A DNA stretch of 64,000 nucleotides from Bugula neritina (Eukaryota > Animalia > Bryozoa). The stretch spans positions 30,272,628-30,336,627 of the forward strand of contig OZ037767.1 of the NCBI GenBank assembly GCA_964035545.1, written 5' to 3'. The notes under the pieces were generated by a model. That model did not search any database. It was not told the origin of the DNA and was given only the letters and a program-made list of their open reading frames with translations. The position numbers and the translations under genes were made by a program. This document shows, piece by piece, positions 26,001-38,000 of the stretch (its first letter is position 1; every line of letters begins with the position of its first letter).

Positions 26001-29000
26001 GTTTTAGTTCAGATATAGATAAGTATTAGAATAATCTACCTACTACTAATTAATACTGTTGTCATAAAAAATAAGCTAGAAAATTTATGTGTTCAGCTGA
26101 TAAAATATTTTATTACTTTCACTACAGTCAATCAGTTTTAGTATAAAAAAATTCAACTACAAACACAAAGCTTGCAATTTAACTTCCTTACACTATGTGC
26201 AACATATTTTGGATAATAATAGCACCTATCAGACTGATTCAATTAAAAAAGTCTACAGACAAGACCTAAACACTACCTAAATTATAACTTGCTGATTTAG
26301 CAATGCACATTTAAAAGTATTCAAGAAGTGATGCTCACCATTTGCAAGCCGAGAGCGTTCTGCCATCTTGACAGCCGGCAGCAAGTAGTTGTCAGTTATG
26401 ACATCAGGACCCTCTAATTTTGTGCTGGTTAGGAAGTCTCCGTAGATTCTCAACGCTCTCGAGTAGAAGCACAGGCTAGAATTGTCTTCTCTTTTCTATA
26501 AAAAATGCGTGTATATTTCTAAAGGTTGACAATCAGTCTAAAATGACTAAACATAATGCTGACACAAGGTAGCTAGTAGCTGCCGTAGAACAGATTACCT
26601 GAGAGAGAGTTTGAAGGTCATCGAGGCAGCGTTTCATAACATACATAGCTCTGTCCTTCTCGCCAAATGCCCAGTACACGAGTCCACTCTCCAAGTCACA
26701 CTCCACACACCAGAGATCTGGGTAGAGTCTCTTGAATCTGGTTAGAACCATCTCACTTGTCTGTAGAAGTTATAGCATACTATATACTGTACTATACAGT
26801 ATATAGTATGCTATATACTGTACTATCAATCTGGTACAGTATACTATATGATATACTATGATATATGTTAGACTATTTGGTATACTATACTTTCTAATAC
26901 ACCTTAGTATACCATATAGTATAGTATATCTGTTAATATACTCAAAAGTATAGTACATAGTATGCATCACATTCGAATTCATTATAGAACATAATATATT
27001 AAAGCAGCTGTTTATTACTGAGATTTGACTGAGAATCAGTCAATACAAACGCGTTGAAAGTAAAGAGTTACATATCATACAGATGGCATGTTGCATTGTT
27101 TAGCCTTTAGACTGAGAGACACTGTAGAGTCCACTAGATATCTGTGTAACGTCTCACATCCACCCTCACTCCCGGATCCAGCTAAACTACGCAGTATCTG
27201 CTTCAGCTCTTGTGTTCTCAAACTTGATTGGCCAGTTTTTGAGTCACAAAGTGAATACTGACAGTTGTCTAACTTCTTCCAACCAATCACAGCCAGACCT
27301 CTGTTCTCATCACTACATACAGTACAATCAGTGCAGACAACTCCTTATAGTGAACACAGCTGAAGGCAACAAACTATAGTAGAAAAGAAATGCTAAAGAT
27401 ATTATGAGGCATACGCTACAGCTTCAAAAAATATTCTTGCCAGAGCAACTTGTATGACTGCAGTTGACAAACTGTGCAATACGTGTTTACAGGAAATATA
27501 CAGGTGGAGGTTTTTGTGCTGATCTAAAAAACCTCCTTTCTAATTACTAAAATAAACTAATTTTAAAATTTCCAGAGTTACAGTCAAATCAATTTGGATG
27601 AGTAGAATCCACACACTGGTGAACTAAACAGCATATATTAGAAAGTTAACAGGTACCACCTGCCGCCTCTGACTGCCACCACATCCTCCAACGTCTGCAC
27701 AAGTTCAAGGTCAGCCAGGGCACTGATGAGATGCTGACCATTCAGGACTCGCCTGCTGTCTACCAATGATGTCTCACATATCTTCTTCATATGCTCTATC
27801 AGAGAAGTCGTGCTGTGAGAGGTACTTGTCACCAGTGACTTGGTAGCCATGTACATGCACTCATTGAATCCAACATGGGGAGATAACCTACAGTATCATA
27901 TTTTACTCATGTTGTGCAAATATAATGCAATAAAAATATCTATTCAATTGTGTTCGTTCAATAAAACTTTTTAATCAATTGATTTTATCTTCAAAGCTCA
28001 CTGAAAAAGTTTTAACTTAGAAAATTAAAAGAAAGTAAAGGTGGTTAATGGGTAGTATTGGAGTTACTACTTCTAAATTAGGTTAAAATCTTAGGCCTGC
28101 TTTGTAGTACAATATCTAAGACAATTAAAGGAAGTTAAAACTAAAATGTTTGTCTGAAAATTAGATGACGTGTATGAAACACAAATAGCCTTAAAGTTTG
28201 TTTTGCAGGTAGGAGAGCGTGCCTTGCGGTAGCTGGTCAGTATAACAGGTGAGTATTATGTTTAGTAACAGTCAATAGGTAAGTCAACAGGCAGGTAAAC
28301 ATACCTGGTAACAGTAGGTAAACATACCTGGTAACAGTAGGTAAACATACCTGGTAACAGTAGGTAAACATACCTGGTAACAGTAGGTAAACATACCTGG
28401 TAACAGTAGGTAGACATACCTGGTAACAGTAGGTAAACATACCTGGTAACAGTAGGTAAACATACCTGGTAACAGTAGGTAAACATACCTGGTAACAGTA
28501 GGTAGACATACCTGGTAACAGTAGGTAGACATACCTGGTAACAGTAGGTAAACATACCTGGTAACAGTAGGTAAACATACCTGGTAACAGTAGGTAAACA
28601 TACCTGGTAACAGTAGGTAGACATACCTGGTAACAGTAGGTAAACATACCTGGTAACAGTAGGTAAACATACCTGGTAACAGTAGGTAAACATACCTGGT
28701 AACAGTAGGTAAACATACCTGGTAACAGTAGGTAAACATACCTGGTAACAGTAGGTAAACATACCTGGTAACAGTAGGTAAACATACCTGGTAACAGTAG
28801 GTAAACATACCTGGTAACAGTAGGTAACTTGTCCCACTGCATGCTGCTCCAAGCCTGCTGGTATCTCATCTCTCTAGTCTCCTCTGATATGCTGTCTACT
28901 GTCTGAATATTCTGCAGGAAGGAGTCCAGAAGATGAGGCAAATCACATGATTGGAGAGTCTCGAGTCCGACGGATAACGGATTGTCTAAAACCAGAAAGC

Positions 29001-32000
29001 ACAAGATTTTCAAAACACAAAAACCCAAAAAAATGGAACAAGTAAAATGCTGTCAGCAAAAAATTGAGTTAAATTCTAAAGTTTTAGGGGGAATATTTTT
29101 CAATTTATTGCATTCAAAAGGAAGCCAAATTCACCAAAATTAGCCAAAATTACTATGTTGCCAATTACTACTGCAAGGTCAGCATATAAAGATGTAATTG
29201 AAGATGCCAATGCCTAGTATGGCGCAGTAGCCTACTTACCCATATCACCAGAGAGCATCAACTCCTTGACTCTCAATTCTCGGCTCCAGTTATTTTCCTG
29301 GCTGTAGTGAGTCAACCTGCAGCAAAATATGAACAGTAACAGAGTTATTCTGCAACAGAAAAATCCTAATATCTTAGGTACAAGGTAGAAGTTGCTACAA
29401 GTAGCTGCACGATGTACATCTATTTCTGAAGTGGAGTAAAAAGCTTGACATTTTATAAACCGAACTCCATAGAGTTGTGCATCTTTGAAATAAAAGAGCT
29501 TTTTGTGATTCTAAAGACAAACGAAAGCCAGGTGTGAATAAGAAAAATGAAACAACCTAAAATTGTCACAGGATGAAGCAACAATACAAATGTTTACATT
29601 TACCTCTACTGAAAGTTTAAACTATATACATTTACCTCTACTGGAAGTTTAAACTATATACATTCACCTCTACTGAGAGTTTAAACTATATACATTTACC
29701 TCTACTGAGAGTTTAAACTATATACATTTACCTCTACTGGAAGTTTAAACTATATACATTTACCCCTACTGGAAGTTTAAACTATATACATTTACCTCTA
29801 CTGAGAGTTTGAACTATATAATGTACATTTACCTCTACTGAGAGTTTAAACTATATACATTTACCTCTACTGAGAGCTTAAACTATATAAAACTAGTTTA
29901 GCAGGCCAAGTTTTGACTCACCTAGATTTTACATCCTCCAACTTGCTGACTCCCCACCCACACAGTATATCTATGTCATCTAGAGCACCATAGACTTCAA
30001 TCATCACTGACTGAGCATTGAATGGAGGTAAGGGAGGGGATGAGGCTTCCCTGAAACACAATGAGAGTACAGAACTAATGCAAATGCAATGTTTATTTTC
30101 AGTCTAGTGTTGGATAATCATACAACCCGATGACCCTCATGATGGTAGAACCCAAGGCTGAATATACCACAGCAGCTCTGTATGATAACTTCTTTCAGGC
30201 AATTTCCCAAGGAATAATTGTCAACATTTGACACTAGATGTCCTGACACCCCATAAAGTACTAGCAACAGCTCTCACAGAAGAATGATCATTTACAGAAT
30301 GGGCAAAAAGCTTTTCAGTACACCATAACTGGGAGAGCATAACTCCCGAGTTATACGTGAGAGAACAAACCTGGACTGGTATATACGGAGCTCAGCGTAA
30401 AGTGCTGCCATGGCATAGTTCTTTACAAACAATGCTGCCTTAGCCAGTAAAGAGTAGTTGACATCGAGCCAAAAGTTATTGCGCCACGCTGTGTGAACTT
30501 TAACCCTACAACAGCATATAAAATACACCAACGTAAAAGTTAGCAAACCGAGTGGAAACTAAAAGATGATCTGATGAATGAAAACCATCAGCAAAAATTA
30601 TAGAACAAAGAAACTTCTAAAGATTTGATCAAAATATACTATAATATTCCAATACACTATAATATTAAAATATACTATAATATTATAATATACTATAATA
30701 TTAAAATATACTATAATATTATACTATACTATAATATTATAATATACTATAATATTAAAATATACTATAATATTATAATATACTACAATATTAAAATATA
30801 CTATAATATTATAATATACTATAATATTAAAATATACTATAATATTATAATATACTATAATATTAAAATATACTATAATATTATACTATACTATAATATT
30901 AAAATATACTATAATATTATAATATACTATAATATTAAAATATACTATAATATTATAATATACTATAATATTATAATATACTATAATATTATAATATATT
31001 ATAATATTCTAATATATTAAAATATTCTAATATATTATAATATTCTAATATACTATAAAATTATAACATACTAAATTATTTAGAATATTATAGTATACAA
31101 TTGACATACCTTTCCGTGTAGTACAAGCTATTCTGTTTAGTTCTGAGAAATTGAACAATCCTCAGCATCATGACAACCACACTTTGGCAAATGCTACTTC
31201 TTTCCTGTTACACAGCATATAATATTACTTTATATAAATACTATAGATATAGATAATAGCCCTTGAGGACAATAGCCCCTGTGGGCAATAGCCACTACGG
31301 AATTATTCACAAATTTAACTAAAGCCACGCACTCAAAACCCTGCTCACCGTTGCTGACATTGCATCAGTTAGTACAGAGGTGAATATAGAGGACAGTTTT
31401 ACTCTCAGGGAGTTATCTCCCTTTAATAGAATATCGTGTATGAGTAAAGGCAGTAGTAGCTCACAGAACTGCTCCTGTAACAGAGGAAGTAGTCACACAT
31501 AAAAAGGATCAAAATAGAAGAGATATTTCACTAATTTGCCCAGTCATTTAAACGATTAAATCAGAATAATATATAAAAACGATATAATAAACAATATATT
31601 ACACTATATAAGACACTGTAATATAAGAAAATATAATAATTATAGTATAGTGCAGTAAAATAATACATAGTTACACAAAATTATTCTTAGATGTTTTTTA
31701 GCAAGACCCAGCTGCCGCAGCAAACATGCTCAGACGAGAGTAAATTGTGCAAACACTTTAACCTATATATAATTTCCTCACTTATTTACTGCAGTGCTAT
31801 ACATAATTTATGTAGCAAATTTTGGCTTTGTTGGGTCATATTTGCCGGGCATGTTGAATTGCTATACCGATAGCTTACCTTAACAGCACACAATGGAGCC
31901 ATTAGCCTGAGGATGTCAGTCTTGCATGCTGAGGTTGCATGGCGGGTCACCAGAACCACCCACTCTTTGTATGTAGATGTTTGATAAGAAGTCCAGTTGT

Positions 32001-35000
32001 CAAGTAAAAGGAGGTTATCTGTAGATTGAGCTAGAGGCACCTTGAACTAACGAGATACAAAAGTGAGTAACTCTAAATTAGAATGGATTCACAAGGGAAA
32101 ACAACTTTACACTATGCAGAAGTGCTTTTATAAATCACAAACTCTTTAAAATTCTTATTGCAGGTTACATTTTATTATTAAAAAGTGATTAGCATTTTCT
32201 AAACTAGAAGTTATATTCTCTCTCACCTTTGCACCGACTTGATAGGAGACTACCAAGTGCTGAGTTTTTCCGCCAACTCGTAGTAGAGACTGCATGACAC
32301 TCTCCCCAGCCTTAGAGCAGAACAGCTTGGCTAGCAGATCATCGCACACACTCATCACCTCCTCTCTACAAACAAGGTCACATGGCAATATAACAAACAA
32401 GAGTCGTCCCACCTCTTTTATGATAAAAACAGGCACTGCCTTACTTACAATGATGACAACAATTAAGAGTTATCTTACCTCTAATTATACTAACAACTGA
32501 GAGTTGTCTTATCTCTTAATATAGCAACACTCAGGGGTCACCCCTTTACATCATAGTAATACATAGGAGTTGCCCTACCTTTAATGTGAGGCAATAAAAT
32601 ATATTGATATATCTAACTGAGTGAACAATTGTCACTGATGAAGCCTTTTCAAAATTTTACACTCAGATATGCTAGTATTAATTATGTTGGCTATTGATAT
32701 ATATTTTAGGTCAAATTACGCTGGTTTGATGCACAAAACAGCGTGATTTGAGTAAGAATCGATTATTAGAGCTGCAACTATAACCAACCTATCATGTAGG
32801 AGATAGTGAATCACGTGGGATAAGATGATGAAGTCTCTTTGGTCAGCCTCGTCTCCATATTCTCTAGTCAAGTTACTCAACTTCTGGTCCACCAGGGAGG
32901 GTTGGACATGGGAGCCCGACAGTGAGTTTGTTACAAATGAAGAGCCAAGTCTACCCAGACATTTCAGTGACTCACTCCTCTCATTGGCTGAGCAGTGTTT
33001 TACACTTTGCACCAGGATGGACACAAACTGAGAGAGTAGAGGTCCTAACAAAATGTACCATATTACATAATATACATCACAATACAATAGAATATAACAA
33101 TGTATATATTACATCATATACATCATAATACAATAGAATATATAACACTGTATATATTACATAATATACATCATAATACAATAGAATATATAACACTGTA
33201 TATATTACATAATATACATGTATCAGAGTACAATAGATGGTAGCATATTTAAGTCTGTAATGAAGATACATTAAATGTAAATAAATACAAGAAATAATAA
33301 AACATGTAAACTTCATTACTTTGTACACAATTTAAAAATATCATCTTATTATATAACTGTGTTACAGTAAAAAGAACTGCACTGATTAAAAAGTAAATAA
33401 AGCTAAAAAATTGTTTTCTGTTTTTACCAGATACTAAAAGTTTCCGCGATTCTGAGTCCATAGCAACCAGTTGCTTGTTAATGGCTTTGAGTAGGAGAGT
33501 ACGATCATGTGACAGGTCATGTGATGCTTCTGCATACATCTGCACCAACTGCAAACACAAGTGTATACTTACAATGTGCAAAAAATACAAGCTGTCAGTA
33601 AGTTATATTTTATTTAACAAAAGCTAAAGGTTTTATAATTTTTCTACATTAAAAATATTTTTTAGTTTCTGGTGGACAAATAAACATAGGCCAGACCTTT
33701 TAGATTCTGACTTAGGTTATAAAAAATTAACGAAATAGGATTTGTGAACTGTCTAATGATTTGCTTATTTGGCAAATAACTGTGGAAATCTACATTACAT
33801 GAAAAATGTATGCAGAAACTACAGGGCGGCACACATCTGTGAAAGCTTTCCCCAACATCATATGAAACAAAGAGGAGATAACACAATAATAATAATTTGG
33901 CCTTGATATTTTACCTAGTAGAGTGTATAGACAACTCCCCAACTTTGTTAAAGCCAGGTGAAATTGAGTAACTATTCAGTTTATTATTCTAGAAACTTCA
34001 TGTGGAGAGTTCCAAATGAGTCATGGTAAACATTTGGGAAATTCCAAATGAGTAAAACAATGTACTGACCGCTTAGGTATAAGCTTTGCAACCAACATCT
34101 GGTAGACATAGCAAGACGATGTTTTTTTATGTAATGCTTACTGCACATTACTAGTTACAATATCAGAATCCTCTGATAGAATATAATTTGAATAGCAAGA
34201 GTAAAACCACACTGTTTACTCAAGAGACAAAACAATCAAACGGGATCATTTTCACCCAACAAATAAGACTTAACATAAATATTTATTCATAAAAAAATTT
34301 TAAAATAAATATTTATTTATAAATAAGCTTAGATTACAGATGGTCTATTATGGTAAATATATAAAAATACATAGCTCAACAAATAAAATAGCGTAGAAAA
34401 AATGACATTCAGAGCATAACATTTTAAGAAAAAGTTATGCCATGCAAGGCATAGCAATTATGATTAATATAGATGAAAACACAATATACTATTAAATTAT
34501 ATAAATTACATTATCATAACATCCAATGGTTAACCATCACTACACAATTGTCTTTTAATCACGTATCAGCATAACTGTCATCTCTCAAGCTCCACAGCTA
34601 GTGTGTACAGCATTTCTACGTCAAAGCGCTGAAAAACAGCAGCCAAAGGAAAATCATAATCGGTTGCCAGATCTGTTAGTTTGTAAATGATTTCAGGGGC
34701 TAAATTTTGAGATTTCAGTAGTTTGTCTAAGAACACATGCTCGTACCAGTATGGGAATAGAAACTCGTGCATAACGTGAGTCGAGTCTGGAGCGCAAAGC
34801 TTACGGAAGCCTTTGGCGGCATCGCGGGCATCTTTGTATTGCTGACCTTGGAGTAGGAACTGATACATAAATCTCGCAGAAGGTCTGTATCCAGGCACAA
34901 CATGCAAACACTGAACAATTGCTTCAACAAAGTAACTTTTTGCATGAAGCGTCTCTCTGATATGATGCCTCAACTTGGCCCGGCTTTCCTTGGCCAGCAA

Positions 35001-38000
35001 CGGGAGCTCGCTCAGCTCATACGGAGTGAGTCGCCTTTGATACCTGATCACAAATAGCAACTCAAACATCATGAGTCCAAAGGACCACATATCCACGGCA
35101 TATGAATATTGCCTATCGGGAGCATCAAACCTATGACGCTGTTTTCTTTTAATTTGACGGGTTTGGCAAAACTCCTGGCATTGGCTAAAACCAAAGTCGG
35201 CTATAACTATTTGAAGTTGCATAAACTCGTGGCCATAGAATCTTAGTAGAATGTTGTTTGCCTTCAGATCATTATGAATGTAGCCACAGCTGTGCAAGTA
35301 CACTAGTCCACGCATAATACACAGCATAATTTCATTTGCGATACATTTTGTAGGAAGTGCGAGGGCTCTGGTGGTAGTATCTGCATCTCCCCACCCCAAC
35401 ACATCTCCCAAATCATCAGGGTACCATTCAAACACCATGAAGAAAGTAGTGCCTGCAACAACCAACCCAAGTACTAATCAAACTTCTTTGTTTTTGATAT
35501 AAAAAACAACATATAGACTGGAATAGAAAATTTGCAGATGTACGGTCATTTAGTTCCTCAGTGCAGACCTTCAATAAATATACAGATTGTATATTTGTTC
35601 AGAAAATTTTAGATTGAAAAGAATTTTGCATTTCAGTTGCTGGGTCTAAAATATAGATTTATTTACTGTATTGATTAGTTTGAAGCATGAGTAGAAGATA
35701 TCAGTGGTGACTATCACAAATGAGTGTTAGATAGTATAGTATAGTTATAGTATAGCTAAAGCATATACATATTGTAAACATATATTTAAACATATAGCTA
35801 CGTTTGAAACTCACCCAAGAAATAACTGAGATGATCGAGTGGAACATTAGCACCATCCTCCAGCACCTCCACTACTTTCTCAGCATCAATCTCTGGCAGC
35901 ACAATCCAGTTCAAGTCAGGATGACTTTTTATGAGATTTTCGTGTTTCAACTGCAACTCCTTACAGATGACAGCTTCTTGACAAGCAAGAGTGAACAAGT
36001 TTAGAGTGTGGTAGTCCTGCACAGCTTGTTGATCAATTTTCAATTCCTTAATGGCGAGGATCTGATCGATGTTGTTTCTGTTTCTAACCTTGTGAATCTT
36101 TCCACACCGTATATCAAGAGGAAACCGATCTTCCACGAGACTTTCATAATGCTCGTCAAAATATTCAGTGTCTTTACAGCTGTGCTCAATCAAACCAGCA
36201 AACTGTCTACACATGTTGTCTGGTAATAAATCACGCAGTTTATAATTAGTAGCCATTGTGCTTGTAGTTATTACCAACCACCACCTATTACCGTTGTTAA
36301 CCACCGACTGGGGACTACTACTCTACTAGTAGCGCGAATCAATAACAAACTTATGGAAAACACTACTGTGGGGAATTTCCCTTAGTCCCGTGGATTGCAA
36401 ACTGAGGCAAGGCACACAAATCTATCCAACCGTAAAAACTCATTTAGTCAAGAATTCAGCCTTTACAGTTGGATTTTACAACAATTGTTGAGTCAGCATT
36501 AGCTAATCTTCTTAGCGAGTCAAATAAAAACTTATAATGGTAGTATCCACGACAGTGCTCAGCGCTAACATCTAATATCTGAAGACTGACATTTGATGCT
36601 GAAGGGTGCAGAGTGAAGTAGTATCAACTGTACGCTAACAGTAAGTGTAACTAGAATATTAATTACTCATTATGTCAATTTGATTGAGAAAAAGTTGCAG
36701 TCTAGTATTTTGCTGAGTAGGTGTAGGCTGACATCGGCCAGCTGTTTGAATGAGCCTTTTCTCATTATTTATTCTAACATGACATATTTCACCAAAGGGT
36801 GAGTTACAGATTCCACACTGGAATCTATGTAGGCTAAGCCTCTACTCTCATACGCGACATGATGTAAATTTATTTAATGTATACTGGAATTGAAACCAAC
36901 AACTATGTGACTAGGTTTCAACTTGATACAGTTTGACACAATTTGATGTTACGTAGAGAACTTGGTTAGAATGGGACTGTGTATTTCACTGCCCCAAGTT
37001 CTTGCAAGTGATTGACGCATGGACTTGAAAGAGATATGACAGGTATATCTGTAACTATTAGTATTTTAGGACTTCATATATCGTATAATTATAAAAAACA
37101 ATAACAACAATAACTTGTCCTTCCAAAGGTAATGCGACAAATAAACATTGTGTCATTAAATCAATACTGCTATGAAAAAAACCATTGCTAATGTAACTGC
37201 AATGCTAACCATAGTATATGACCTGAAGCTATGGGCTTTGTACTGTAACTCTCCAATAACTGCTAGTTATTCCCACAGAAGTTATTGCCACCAGCAGCCT
37301 TAGAATGCTGCCAATATAACACAGATTGCACCTTCACTATAAACAACACATTTCCATGCATGCAGCCCTCAAATTATTAAAAATCACAACTCCTCTGTAT
37401 TCTCTTTCTAACGCCTTTAGGCTTGACATTTTCTCGTACATTTTGAGTGCCAGTATACTAGATTTCTAATAATGTGTTACAGCCCATTCTCCTAACATCC
37501 ACCAACTTTCGTCACTAAGAAACTGTGTTCTAGGGAGCTGTCGTGTGGCAGCAACTCTACACACAGTGACTTACCTTATCAAAGGATGCTGACCAACTGT
37601 AGTGAGGTATGTGCTGCCTCATAGTGCTGACAGGAAGTGGCTCCATGACCTCCAGAAATCCTTCAAACTTGTCAGCGTGTCCAGTCCAAATACTGGACAG
37701 TAATTTATGTGCGGCGTTGGAGATGTCAGTTTCAGATGAATTGGACAGAGATATCAGGCTATACGTTAGTCTAGGAACCACTGAACTCAACACCTACAGG
37801 TGCGGTATATATGTCAAGGTCAGTTTATACTAAATAGACTGAGTTCCATAAAAACTATAACTAAAACTACTAAACAAACAGGTAGATTCCAGAAATACCT
37901 CAGCAAATAGAAAAACGTGTAACTCTGGTACACGTAGAACTGAAAGAAGCCTTAGACTCTAACAAAAAGCTGAACAGGTATACAATCTTGATTAATTCTC

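Noticed and set aside
28293-28827. CRISPR-like regular repeat array
   Set aside because: Units are head-to-tail with no unique spacers, there are no cas genes, and the context is a eukaryotic intron.
28237-28852. Long ORFs in three frames (263, 196, 174 aa)
   Set aside because: They are translations of a 23-bp minisatellite; only ~28811-28985 is a real ATM exon.
35453-37574. In-frame ATM-kinase chimeric splice (ATM donor 37574 to kinase exon 2)
   Set aside because: The ATM donor is phase 0 and the kinase acceptor is phase 1, so the join is out of frame.
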